Below, piece by piece: positions 1 through 10,900 of a stretch of DNA of 64,000 nucleotides (the stretch's first letter is position 1; each line of letters begins with the position of its first letter). The translations under genes and the position numbers were made by a program. The DNA lies in the NCBI GenBank assembly GCA_049322915.1, contig JBMOPW010000044.1:96001-160000 (forward strand). Reading direction: 5' to 3'. The notes under the pieces are model-generated. The model saw only the letters and a list, made by a program, of their open reading frames with translations. It was not told where the DNA came from and did no database searches. The stretch is from Candidatus Zhuqueibacterota bacterium. Lineage in GTDB: Bacteria; Zhuqueibacterota; Zhuqueibacteria; Thermofontimicrobiales; Thermofontimicrobiaceae.

Positions 1-1
1 G

Positions 2-847
2 CGCCTGACCAACGATGTGAGCAAGGATGAATTTTACGTTTCCTATACCTGCAAAACCACCCGGGCGGAGTTATGTGTGCCGATTGAGAAAAGCAACCGG
101 TTGTATGGCGTTTTCAATATAGAAAATTATGAAACAAATTCTTTTAGTGAACACGATGTGCCGCTCATTGAAAATATTTCCTATCACCTGTCTCAGATGC
201 TGGAAAATGCCCGGCTATTCGATATGATCCGAATCGAAAAAGACAAGCTTGAAAAGATACTTTACAACCTGAATGAAGGCGTGTCCATCATCGATGCCGA
301 ATACCGGATCACCTATATGAATCAGTGGATGATCGATCGCTTTGGTAAGGAAGTAATCGGGCAGCGGTGCGATGTGGTACTTAGCCAGATCGATCCCATA
401 TTGAATGAAAATCTTTTGAGCAAGGCGTTCAAAGAAAAGTTGCCGGCGATTGAAACCAAAACCGCCCGACGGGAATTTTATTCGGTGCTTCTTTCTCCTA
501 TAAAAATTTCCAATAAGGCGACCGGTATTCTGGCGGTGATAAACGATACCACCCATAAAAAACGGTATGAGATTGAACTGATACATTCAGAGAGGTACAA
601 AGCGGTGATAAATCTCGCGGCCGCGGTGGCGCACGAGTTAAATCAGCCGCTCACCGGCATTGCCTGCTATTGTTCGCTTCTTCTGGAAGAGATCGCCGAG
701 GGGGAGAAGCACTATGAAGAAATTTTTGAAATCGACGTGCAAGCAAATCGACTGATGGAACTGATACGGAAGATACAGACCCTGGCTCGTGTCGAGACGA
801 GGGAGTATTTTGGCGATGATGAAATTCTGAATATTCACGCGGAGTGA
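2..847 (+). CDS. GAF-PAS-HisKA(DHp) sensor protein lacking a HATPase domain (5'-partial; frame is open to the window edge)
   Basis: GAF end (ELCVPI..LYGVFNIE..FSEHD), PAS (EGVSIIDAEYRITYMN), H-box AHELNQPL; stop about 65 aa later with no N/G1/F/G2 boxes. Confidence 0.8.
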   Translation, partial: RLTNDVSKDEFYVSYTCKTTRAELCVPIEKSNRLYGVFNIENYETNSFSEHDVPLIENISYHLSQMLENARLFDMIRIEKDKLEKILYNLNEGVSIIDAEYRITYMNQWMIDRFGKEVIGQRCDVVLSQIDPILNENLLSKAFKEKLPAIETKTARREFYSVLLSPIKISNKATGILAVINDTTHKKRYEIELIHSERYKAVINLAAAVAHELNQPLTGIACYCSLLLEEIAEGEKHYEEIFEIDVQANRLMELIRKIQTLARVETREYFGDDEILNIHAE

Positions 848-926
848 TCGGCCGACGTTGGCCGGATAAATCCCTATGCCAAGAATGTCGGGACATTAGA
901 TTGCAGCACAATGAGAAGAGAATTGG

Positions 927-2141
927 ATGAAAAATTTTTTCACTAAAAAAAGACTCAATAAAAAAATTCTGGTCGTTGATGACGAATTGGTCGTTCGGAA
1001 AACGTGCGAGTTGTCGTTGACGCGTGTCGGTTACGACGTCAAAACCGTGTGTAATGGCGTCGAAGCTCTGCAGGCTCTCGCCAGGTACGATGCGGATATT
1101 GTCATCATCGATCTCAAAATGCCATTGATGGGGGGAATGGAATTGCTGGAAAATATCCGGCGAGATTATCCGCATCTTCAGGTGATCATCATGACCGGCT
1201 ACGCCACGATCGAGAATGCTGTGCAGGCCATGAAATACAAAGCCTTCGATTTCATTTTAAAGCCATTCAATGCCGAACAGATCCGAATGGTCGTCGAGAA
1301 GTGCTCGGAAAATCTTGATATGAGTCAGGAAATTCACGAGTTGAATCTGGCGAATCAGAGGCTCCGGGAATTGCAGGAGATGAAAGACCGTTTCATCGCC
1401 ATCACCAGTCATGAATTGCGCACGCCGGTCAGCCACATCAAGGGCTATCTGACCATTCTCATGGACGAGACCTATCGGGACACCATCACGGCAGCAGAAC
1501 GCCAGGAGTTCATCGCGATTATCAATTCCGCTGTGGAAGACCTGGAGCACATTGTATTGAACATGTTCAACATCAACCAGCTTGAAAATAATTCGATGAA
1601 ATTATTGCTGGAACAGGTGTCTTTGAACGACATCATTGAACAGATTGTGAAGGAGTGTCAGTTAATTACCAGGGACAGAAATCTTACGGTGACGTTCGAT
1701 AAAAACGATGCCCTCCCCGTTATCATTGGAGACCGGTTAAAGCTGAAGCAGATGGTCAATGAACTGTTTCAGAACGCCATTAAATTCACGCCGGATGGCG
1801 GACACATCAGCTTTGCGACCAGAGTGGACGAGGAGTATTGCTACGTTTCGGTGAAAGACAATGGCATCGGTTTGACTGAATCGGAGAAGAGCAAAATTTT
1901 CGAAAAATTTTATGAGGCTCAAAATCCGGACCATCACAGCACAAGCAAAACGAATTTCATGGGAGGCGGACTTGGCATTGGCTTGAACATTGCCAAAGCC
2001 ATCGTTGAAGCGCATAAAGGTCGAATGAAAGTCATCAGCGAGAAGGAAAAAGGTTCTGAATTCACAGCGATCCTTCCCATTGAAAACTGGATAATTAATG
2101 AAAGTCATACTGAAGGCAATATGGAAGACTATGTCCAATAA
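927..2141 (+). CDS. Hybrid response regulator / histidine kinase (REC-HisKA-HATPase_c)
   Basis: REC (ILVVDDE..IDLKMP..KPF), H-box SHELRTP, NAIKF, DNGIG, GGGLGIGL. Confidence 0.92.
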   Translation: MKNFFTKKRLNKKILVVDDELVVRKTCELSLTRVGYDVKTVCNGVEALQALARYDADIVIIDLKMPLMGGMELLENIRRDYPHLQVIIMTGYATIENAVQAMKYKAFDFILKPFNAEQIRMVVEKCSENLDMSQEIHELNLANQRLRELQEMKDRFIAITSHELRTPVSHIKGYLTILMDETYRDTITAAERQEFIAIINSAVEDLEHIVLNMFNINQLENNSMKLLLEQVSLNDIIEQIVKECQLITRDRNLTVTFDKNDALPVIIGDRLKLKQMVNELFQNAIKFTPDGGHISFATRVDEEYCYVSVKDNGIGLTESEKSKIFEKFYEAQNPDHHSTSKTNFMGGGLGIGLNIAKAIVEAHKGRMKVISEKEKGSEFTAILPIENWIINESHTEGNMEDYVQ

Positions 2142-3594
2142 TCGAAAAAAAGTGTTAGTCGTGGATGATGATGAAAATATTTGCAAGTTGTGCGGCAACA
2201 GTCTTCGCAACGAAGGCTACCAGGTGTACACGACATGCCGGCCGGAGAATGTTCTGAAAATCGTGGATAAAGAAAATATTAACTTAGTCCTGACTGATAT
2301 TAAAATGCCCAGTCTGGACGGGCTGGAAATTTTGCGGCGTTTGATGGAATCCCATCCGGATATTGCTGTGGTTGTGATGACAGCATACGCCACCATGGAA
2401 GTGGCCATCAAAGCTGTCAACGACGGGGCGTATAGTTTCATTCATAAACCGTTTCATGTGAACGAGATGGCATTGGCTGTCAAAAATGCATTGGAGCGGC
2501 AACGGTTATTTCAGGAAAATATTCGCCTGAAGACGCTGGTCAGTTTATTCAAAGTGAGCGAACAAATTACAGGCACGTTGGACATCAAAGATCTGCTCAA
2601 CACGGTGGCCAGCGCTGTGCTGAAAGAGACCGACTCCAAAAGAGCGGTCATCTATTACCCGGATTCGGAGACCAACGAGCTTTACGCGCGTTACGCCATT
2701 GGCATCAATGAAGAGAGAATGGACAATATCCGGATACCGTTCGACGAAGGTATTGTCGGTGCGGCATTTCAAAATCGAAACCTGGTGCATGTCCCTAATT
2801 TTGTCGAGGAGGATTCCACCTATCCGCACCCGCTGGAACGCGAGTTGGGCAATTCAGCGCTGGCAGTGCCGATGCTGAGCAAGGAAAAAATTTTAGGTGT
2901 GCTTTCACTGTTCAAAAATGGACGGAGTCTCGGTTTCACGGAAGCGGACAAGGACGTTGCAGCGATTCTCACTTCCCAGGCGTCCATTGCGCTGGATAAT
3001 GCCGAGTTGATTCTCGACCTAGAGATTCTGTTCCTGGAATCGATGAAATCGCTGGCAAAAACGTTGGATGAACGCGACCCGTTCACTCATGGCCATTCTC
3101 ACCGCGTGTCCAAATTAGCCCGGGCCATCGGTCAGTTGATGGAATTGTCAGAAGATAATTTGGAGACGCTCAGGCACGCCGGGGTTCTGCACGATATCGG
3201 CAAGATCGGCATTCGGGACGAGATTTTGCTGAAGCCGGGGCCGTTGACTCTGGATGAGTATGAGATCATCAAAACGCATCCGGAAAAAGGCTACAATATT
3301 TTAAAACCAATCAGTCGACTGAACGATGTAGCCGAGGCGGTTTTCTGCCACCACGAGTGGTACAACGGGGATGGCTACCCTAGAAATTTGAGAAACAGCG
3401 AAGTCCCATTGGCAGGCTCCATTCTTGCAGTGGCGGACGCCTACGATACAATCACGACAGACCGTCCCTATCGGTTGAAGCAAGAACATCAGATCGCCAT
3501 TGAAATTATGAAACGTGCGAGCGGGACACAATTTTACCCCGATGTAGTCCAGGCGCTGGAATACGTCGATGTGCAAAAATTGAATCTCTATTAA
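2131..3594 (+). CDS. REC-GAF-HD-GYP c-di-GMP phosphodiesterase
   Basis: REC at the N-terminus; GAF; GHSHRV, HDIGK, HHEWYNGDGYP. Start moved to ATG 2131 (MSNNRKK), overlapping the upstream stop. Confidence 0.9.
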   Translation: MSNNRKKVLVVDDDENICKLCGNSLRNEGYQVYTTCRPENVLKIVDKENINLVLTDIKMPSLDGLEILRRLMESHPDIAVVVMTAYATMEVAIKAVNDGAYSFIHKPFHVNEMALAVKNALERQRLFQENIRLKTLVSLFKVSEQITGTLDIKDLLNTVASAVLKETDSKRAVIYYPDSETNELYARYAIGINEERMDNIRIPFDEGIVGAAFQNRNLVHVPNFVEEDSTYPHPLERELGNSALAVPMLSKEKILGVLSLFKNGRSLGFTEADKDVAAILTSQASIALDNAELILDLEILFLESMKSLAKTLDERDPFTHGHSHRVSKLARAIGQLMELSEDNLETLRHAGVLHDIGKIGIRDEILLKPGPLTLDEYEIIKTHPEKGYNILKPISRLNDVAEAVFCHHEWYNGDGYPRNLRNSEVPLAGSILAVADAYDTITTDRPYRLKQEHQIAIEIMKRASGTQFYPDVVQALEYVDVQKLNLY

Positions 3595-3682
3595 AAAAAA
3601 AGTTATGATCTACGGACCCCTGGAAGTCGCTCCTCAGAACAAAGTTCTCTGGTGGCGCCCCGATCCGTGAATCATAACTTTT
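3593..3682. terminator. Long inverted repeat between convergent genes (bidirectional terminator / extended hairpin)
   Basis: AAAAGTTATGAT (3598-3609) pairs with ATCATAACTTTT (3671-3682), with further inner stems. Confidence 0.65.
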
Positions 3683-3713
3683 CGTTTTCAGCCTTCCGAT
3701 TTGTCCGTTCTAT

Positions 3714-5531
3714 CTAAAAGAACATATACCGAAAATCTTTAATCTTGGCGCTTTCCTTCAAATCAGTATACCAGTTGTTGTAAATTCGGCGCTGCTTATC
3801 CTGCAGGAGCGATGATTTCAGGTTCTCTTTTTGCAGGTCAAAGGTGGCTTGATCGAACGGTTGCTTTTCAATCATCTGAATGATATAGGCGCCGCGAGTA
3901 CCTTTCACAACTGGCGAAATTTCCCCGACTTCCAGTGCGAATGCAGCGCCGCTGAAATTGACGTCGCGACCGACATTCTTCACATACCCGGTCAGAGCGA
4001 AAAACTCTGTTTCTTCAACTTTGAGAGAATCGTAGCTGGCGTATTGTTCAAGTTGACTGCCTGCGGGAATGCGGTCTCTCAACCGTTTCGCAGCTTCGGC
4101 AGCGCGTTCTTTGCCTTTTTCACGGGCAAGAATGTCGCGAATGGTTGATTCCACGTCCTTCAATTCCTTCTTTTTCTCCGGTTGAATGCCTAACAACTGA
4201 CAGACAACATAGCCCTGATTTTCGATGAAATAGGGTTGCGTGATCTTGCCAACTTTCGCATGAAAGATCGATTCGGAGATCCTCCGCTGCATGCCGAGTT
4301 TCTGGATAAAACCGCTATTGGTAAAATAGCCGGTCGTATCGACCGTCATTTTTTCATCTTTCACTGCTACGCTAAATCCTTGCTCATTGGCGATTTCAAC
4401 GAAATAGCCGGCATTGTCGCGCACAGATTCCTGAGTATCCCGCGATGGCTTGATTGTGAAAAGGATCTGGCTGGCTTTGACTTTATCTTTGCCATCCTCT
4501 TTTTTCTTCTCCGTCACTTTCAGAATGTGCAGGCCATTCTGGGTGGCAATTGGGCCGACCACGTCGCCGACATTAGCGGAGAAAAGCGCATTTTCCAGCT
4601 TGCTGTCTTTTGTCCCCGGTTCGATATAACCCATGTCACCGCCGCTGGAAGCCGTGGCAGCATCTTCGGAATAGGCTTCGGCCATCCGGGCGAAATCGAT
4701 GCCGGCGCGGAGACTGTCCATAATGAACTCCACCTGGAACATCACTTCATCTGAGTCGTTTTTCGTGGGGACCAGTGCGAATTTAACGAATTGAATCCGC
4801 CGCTTTTCCTGCTCGGTGTACTTTTCCGTGTTCTCGTCAAAATATTTTTCAATTTCCTTTTGACTGATTTCCGAATTTCTGGCTTTATATTTATTCTCAT
4901 CAAAAAAGAGATGTTTCACTCTCACTTTTTGATTGCGCTTCATGAAGTCATATTTCACTTCCTCGTCCGTGACAAACGCTGAGGAGACAACCTCTTGCTG
5001 CAGCTTGCTGAACGGAATGGTATTGGCCAGATAATTTTCAACGAATGACCAGTAATTGGAATTCCGCTGGTCGGCCAGCGCTGATTGATATTTTTTCATA
5101 TCGAAATTGCCCTGCTCATCGGCGAAGTTCGGGTTCTGAACGATGAACTGAGGCGGATTTTCAAAAATGTGAAAGGCAATTTCTTTTTTCGTGGCAACAA
5201 ATCCCAGTTCATCCGTCTTCTGGCGAATGAGCACTTCGCGAATCAAAGATTCCCACATTTGATCCTCGAGATTCTGCAACTCAACACCAACCGGGTCGCG
5301 CTGGTACTGTTGTTTATAGGCCTCGTATTGCTGCTGGTAATAGTCACTGTATTGTTTATAGGAAATGTCTTCGCCATTGATGGTGGCTATGGTATCCGCT
5401 CGGCGACCAAACAAGTGGGTAATATCTGCACCGCCAACCAGTCCACCGACCGTCATACTTAGTACGAACAACACCAATAAACCAAACAAAATGATATGCG
5501 TGTTTTCACGCATTTTGTTCATGATTGCCAT
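3714..5531 (-). CDS. ppiD: PpiD-like periplasmic chaperone / parvulin peptidyl-prolyl isomerase
   Basis: N-terminal TM anchor, SurA-N-like region (IATINGEDIS), rotamase motif FARMAEAYSED..SGGDMGY. Confidence 0.85.
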   Translation of the reverse strand: MAIMNKMRENTHIILFGLLVLFVLSMTVGGLVGGADITHLFGRRADTIATINGEDISYKQYSDYYQQQYEAYKQQYQRDPVGVELQNLEDQMWESLIREVLIRQKTDELGFVATKKEIAFHIFENPPQFIVQNPNFADEQGNFDMKKYQSALADQRNSNYWSFVENYLANTIPFSKLQQEVVSSAFVTDEEVKYDFMKRNQKVRVKHLFFDENKYKARNSEISQKEIEKYFDENTEKYTEQEKRRIQFVKFALVPTKNDSDEVMFQVEFIMDSLRAGIDFARMAEAYSEDAATASSGGDMGYIEPGTKDSKLENALFSANVGDVVGPIATQNGLHILKVTEKKKEDGKDKVKASQILFTIKPSRDTQESVRDNAGYFVEIANEQGFSVAVKDEKMTVDTTGYFTNSGFIQKLGMQRRISESIFHAKVGKITQPYFIENQGYVVCQLLGIQPEKKKELKDVESTIRDILAREKGKERAAEAAKRLRDRIPAGSQLEQYASYDSLKVEETEFFALTGYVKNVGRDVNFSGAAFALEVGEISPVVKGTRGAYIIQMIEKQPFDQATFDLQKENLKSSLLQDKQRRIYNNWYTDLKESAKIKDFRYMFF

Positions 5532-5638
5532 GATAACTCCTTCGTAAAGTATTCATTTCTCAGAAAAATAAGCTCTATCTTTTCACAGTTCAAGTCTTTG
5601 GTTATTTGGGAAAAGAGATTATGGAATAAAAGGCTCTT

Positions 5639-5667
5639 AATATAGTGATTCGATTAAAAAAAAGCAA
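5639..5667 (-). promoter_or_regulatory. sigma70-type promoter for ppiD
   Basis: Minus strand TTGCTT-N17-TATATT. Confidence 0.55.
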
Positions 5668-6057
5668 GATATTTTTAAGCGTGTTTTTAGTGGAAAATGA
5701 ACTATCATCTTCTCCATCGCTGTGCAAAATAGCTCCTCTGCATCGTTATTTCTGATTCGCTTTTCAGCGAAACCTCTCAACTCAGCAGCGGGTGCTGGAA
5801 TTGATCCACATGATTCAGTCGAGCTGAGACTCTGTTTTTAAAAGAAGTAGTAGCGATTTATTGTGTAGCTGATGAATTATTTCAATGATAAACCGCAGCG
5901 ACGTAACCTTAAAATGCTCAAGCTGAACTTTCATTCGTCCGCACGAGTCGGCACGAAGATACTCCCCTGGCATCAGTCGGAAAATGAAATTCACTGCCAG
6001 TAAATATTGCGGAACAAGACAGTCGGTTTGAATATCGTGTCGCATGAAAAAAAAGAT

Positions 6058-6086
6058 TTGACTTTTAATAAATAAGTTATTATATA
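6058..6086 (+). promoter_or_regulatory. sigma70-type promoter for pepD
   Basis: TTGACT-N17-TATATA. Confidence 0.5.
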
Positions 6087-6214
6087 TAAAGCCGCGGGTG
6101 AAGTTCATTGAAGTAACGACATAATGACGCATCAGGGAGGATGCCATAATTCAAAGTGAAGCGGCATGAACCTTACCATTATAATAATCAAATTCCTAAC
6201 AAAAGGAGTACGGA

Positions 6215-7669
6215 ATGAAATTTGATCATGCCCCAACCAATGAAATTCTCAAATGGTTTGAGGAAATTACCAGGATCCCTCGCTGTTCAAAAAACGAAGA
6301 AAAGATTGCAGCCTGGTTAATGGATTGGGCTAAGAAGAATGGGTTCGAAGCCAGGATGGATAAGGTAAAAAATATCGTGATAAAAATACCACCATCTGCC
6401 GGTTTCGAGAAATCACCGATTGTGGTGATACAGGGACACATGGATATGGTGTGCGAAAAGACACCCGATTCCACCCACGATTTCACTAAGGACCCCATTA
6501 AGCTGGTGTACGAAGGCGAGTGGCTGACTGCGGATCGGACAACCCTGGGCGCAGATAATGGCATCGCTATCGCCATGGCGCTGGCAATGGCGATGGATAA
6601 AACCGTGAAGCATCCACCGCTGGAATTGCTCTTCACTGTGGACGAAGAGACAGGGCTCACCGGCGCGAATGCGCTGGAACCGGGATTCATTGAAGGGAAA
6701 ATATTGATTAATGTCGATTCCGAGGATGAAGGTGTATTCACTGTTGGCTGCGCCGGCGGAGTGAATACCCGGTCGATATTGCCGCTCAATTTCGAGGAAC
6801 TGCCTGTCGGTTACAAAGCCTACAAGCTCACCAGCAGCGGCATGAAAGGCGGCCACTCCGGTATCGATATCGCCAAAGGAAAAGCCAATGCCATTCAGAT
6901 CTTAGGACGGACGCTGCACGCCATCCTGAACGAGAATGTCGATGCCCGAATTGCCAACGTCAAAGGCGGCAGCGCGCACAACGCCATTCCACGAGACGCT
7001 GAGGCTGTCGTATTCCTGGCTGAAGCAGAAGCCGCGAAAGCAGCCAATACAGTGACAAAGGCCTCTACGCTATTTTTGGATGAATTTAAAACGACAGACC
7101 CTGACCTGAAAGCGACTATCGCCCCGGCGAGCGGCAAATTCAACAAAGCCCTCACGGCGAAAGACACGCGACGGGTTGTTGATTTCATTCTGGCCATGCC
7201 CCACGGCGTGGCTGCCATGTCGCCCCATATCCCCGGGCTGGTGGAGACCTCCAATAATTTTGCCAAAATTTCCATCGAAGATAATGCATTGAATGTGCTC
7301 ACGAGCCAGAGAAGCTCAGTGATTTCCAGGCTCAAAGCCCACACCGCCAAAATTGAAGCCGTGGCGAAGCTGGCTGGCGGCGATGCGAAAACCAGTGAGG
7401 GTTACCCTCCCTGGCAACCCAATATGGATTCGCCCCTGTTGGCCAGGAGCGTGAAATTGTATGAATCAATGTTCCACAAAAAACCTGTGGTTGAAGTGAT
7501 TCACGCCGGACTGGAATGCGGCATTATCGGCGATAAGAATCCCGGGATGGATATGATTTCCCTGGGACCTGATTTGAAATACCCCCATTCGCCTGATGAG
7601 AAAATTCATATTGGCGCCATTGGCAAAGTCTGGGATTTTCTGGTAGCGCTATTGGCAACGATGAAATAA
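6215..7669 (+). CDS. pepD: Aminoacyl-histidine dipeptidase (peptidase M20C)
   Basis: QGHMDMV, LGADNGI, DEETGL, GGHSG, IHAGLECG, HSPDE; RBS AAGGAG. Confidence 0.95.
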   Translation: MKFDHAPTNEILKWFEEITRIPRCSKNEEKIAAWLMDWAKKNGFEARMDKVKNIVIKIPPSAGFEKSPIVVIQGHMDMVCEKTPDSTHDFTKDPIKLVYEGEWLTADRTTLGADNGIAIAMALAMAMDKTVKHPPLELLFTVDEETGLTGANALEPGFIEGKILINVDSEDEGVFTVGCAGGVNTRSILPLNFEELPVGYKAYKLTSSGMKGGHSGIDIAKGKANAIQILGRTLHAILNENVDARIANVKGGSAHNAIPRDAEAVVFLAEAEAAKAANTVTKASTLFLDEFKTTDPDLKATIAPASGKFNKALTAKDTRRVVDFILAMPHGVAAMSPHIPGLVETSNNFAKISIEDNALNVLTSQRSSVISRLKAHTAKIEAVAKLAGGDAKTSEGYPPWQPNMDSPLLARSVKLYESMFHKKPVVEVIHAGLECGIIGDKNPGMDMISLGPDLKYPHSPDEKIHIGAIGKVWDFLVALLATMK

Positions 7670-7691
7670 TGAGAGAATCGAGTAATATGAG

Positions 7692-7727
7692 AACAAAAAG
7701 GGAACGCAGTGTTCCCTTTTTGTTTTT
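7692..7727 (+). terminator. Rho-independent terminator
   Basis: AACAAAAAGGGAAC-gcagt-GTTCCCTTTTTGTT followed by Ts. Confidence 0.85.
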
Positions 7728-7947
7728 AGCGTGCAGCGAAACCGGACTCAAACGCATCAGATCGAAGCGGTGGATTCAAGCGATGCGACTTGTTGCCAAT
7801 GGCTGGAATAAAATTACTTCAATGGCTGTTCCACAGCGTGAAACAAAACCGCATTTGAATCCGTAACGAGAGAACCAACTTTTGGCCACGATGATGTGCG
7901 CAAACCCTGCTTCAAACCAATTTCAATATTAAACCAATGGAGGCTTT

Positions 7948-10900
7948 ATGAAAAGAATTCTTTGGACATCGCTATTCATTTTTCTCATGGCGTACTGTGT
8001 CGTGGGACAGGAAGAGGCGCGACTGCTTCGGTTCCCGGCGATACAGAAGAACCAAATCGTCTTCACCTACGCCGGTGACCTTTACACCGTTTCTGCCGAT
8101 GGAGGCGCCGCGCGCAAATTGACTAACCACGATGGGATAGAAGTTTTTCCGCGATTCTCCAGTGACGGAAAGTGGATCGCGTTCACCGGTCAATACGATG
8201 GCAACACCGAAGTGTTCATGATGCCGGCGGAGGGCGGCATTCCCAAACGACTGACCTTCACCGCCACCCTGGGGCGCGATGATTTATCCGACCGCATGGG
8301 CCCCAATAACATTGTGATGGGCTGGAAGAATGGCCTGAATGAAATTGTCTTTCGGTCCCGAATGAAGTCCTACAATCCGTTCAACGGCGAATTGTACGTG
8401 GTCTCCACCGAGGGAGCCATGCCGGAACAACTGCCCCTGCCGCGCGGCGGATTTTGCTCCTATTCTCCGGATAACAAGAAGCTGGCCTACAACCGTATTT
8501 TCAGGGAATTCCGAACCTGGAAGCGCTATCGCGGCGGCATGGCAGACGATATCTGGGTTTATGATTTCGCCTCTAAAAAGATCGAGAACATTACGAACAA
8601 TCCTGCGCACGACATTATTCCCATGTGGAAAGGCGATAAAATTTATTTTCTGTCGGACCGCGATCCCATGCAGCGCATGAATTTATACGTCTATGACCTG
8701 ACCACCAAAACCACGAAACAGTTGACTGAATTCTCCGAATTCGATATCAAATTCCCATCGCTGGGCGACAACGCCATCGTGTTTGAAAATGGCGGCTATA
8801 TCTATCGCTTCGATCTGGCTTCGCAGCAAGCCAAAAAAGTCACCATTTTCATTGCTGACGACAAAGTAGCCGGCCGCTGTGAATATAAAAATGTAGGCAG
8901 CAATGTGTCCAATTTCGAAATTTCTCCGGACGGCAAACGGGCTCTGTTCGGCGCGCGCGGCGAAGTTTTTACGGTGCCAGCCGAGAATGGCCCGACGCGC
9001 AATTTGACCAGTTCGTCCGGTATTCATGAGCGGAATTCCAAATGGTCGCCGGATGGGAAATGGATTGCGTTCATCTCCGACAAGTCCGGAGAGGATGAAA
9101 TTTATCTCGTCGCCCAGGATGGAACTGGCGAACAGATTCAATTGACCAACGACAGAGACACCTACAAGTATCAGATTTACTGGTCGCCGGACAGCAAGAA
9201 AATCCTCTGGGGCGACCGGCTGCAACGGCTGCGCTATGTGGATATTCAAACCAAAAAAATCAAGGATGTGTTCGTCTCCAAAGTTTTTGAAATGAACGAT
9301 TATACCTGGTCGCCGGACAGCAAGTGGATTGCCTACACTCGTCCTGAGGCGGAAGTGATGAACAGAATCTACCTCTATTCGTTGGATCAGGATAAGACCT
9401 TCGAGGTCACCGAGGGCTGGTATGCATCGTCGAACCCGGTATTCAGCACGGACGGGAAGTACCTGTACTTTGTGTCCAATCGCGATTTCAATCCGGTGTA
9501 TGGCTGGACCGAGTTCAACCATATTTACCAGGATATGTCCCGGATTTATCTGGCGGCGTTGACCAAAGACGCGGAATCGCCGTTCAAACCGGTGAGTGAT
9601 GAGGTTGCTATTAAGAAAGAAGAAGCGCCGGCGGATTCGAAGAAGAAAGACGATAAAAAAGCCGACGCCGAGAAAAAACAGCCGGAGATCGCAGTTAAAG
9701 TGGATGCGGACGGATTGAGCAATCGCATCATCGGGCTGCCGATTCAATCGTCCGGGTATTTCAATCTGACCTCTGCCGGCGATAAATTGTACTACATGCG
9801 TCGCGGCAGCAAAGATCAGAAACCACTCCTGTTCATGTATGATTTGAAAAAGAAAAAGGAGACCGAGTTAGGCAGTCTGAATGGGTATGAGATTTCTGCC
9901 GACCAGAAGAAAATGCTCGTCTCTCAGAATCAGACCTATGCTATCATCGACCTGCCGCAGGGGCCGATCAAGATCGAGGACAAACTGGACCTGTCCGGCA
10001 TGGAAATCAAATTGAATCATTACAAGGAATGGGCTCAGATTTACGAGGAGAGCTGGCGGCAGATGCGCGAGTTCTTTTACGCGCCCAATATGCACGGCGT
10101 CGATTGGGTGGCGGTGAAAGAGAAATATCAACCCCTGGTGAAGCATGTCAACCATCGTGCGGATTTGACATACATCATCGGCGAAATGATCGGCGAATTG
10201 AATACCGGCCACACCTATGTCGGCGGCGGTGAAATGCCTCAGACAAAACGGATTTCCACCGGTCTGCTGGGCGCTCAGATTGAAAAAGACAAGGTGTCGG
10301 GCTATTTTCAAATCGGGAAAATTTTGAAGGGCCAGAATTGGACTAATGCCAATCGCTCGCCGTTGACAGAAATAGGGGTGAAGGCGAACGAAGGCGATTT
10401 CATCCTGGCAGTGAACGGCCAATCGACGAAGGACATGAACAATCTGTACGAAGCGCTGGTGAATACCGTGGGAAAACAGGTGACGTTGAAAATCAATGCG
10501 ACGCCGACGGAAGCCGGTAGCCATACTTCTGTTGTGTTGCCCATCGCTGATGAATCCAGCCTTTATTATTACAACTGGGTGGAAGGCAATATCAAAAAAG
10601 TGAATGACGCCACCGATGGGAAGGTCGGCTACATTCACGTGCCGGATATGGGCGCTTCCGGACTCAATGAATTTATCAAATATTTTTATCCGCAACTGAA
10701 AAAGAAGGCGCTCATCATCGACGTGCGCGGCAATGGCGGCGGCAATGTATCGCCCATGATAATCGAGCGACTGCGCCGTGAGGCTGCCATGATTACAATG
10801 GCTCGCAATACAGTGCCAGATGTGAATCCGTCGGAACAGGTGTGGGGACCCAAAGTGTGCCTCATCGATGAATTTTCAGCGTCCGATGGGGATATCTTTC

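Noticed and set aside
890..905. GG-N10-GC as a sigma54 promoter before 927
   Set aside because: The -24 element (GGGACA) is a poor match and the gene is probably mid-operon
5815..6147. 110-aa minus-strand ORF
   Set aside because: Overlaps the pepD promoter and leader; no recognisable protein features
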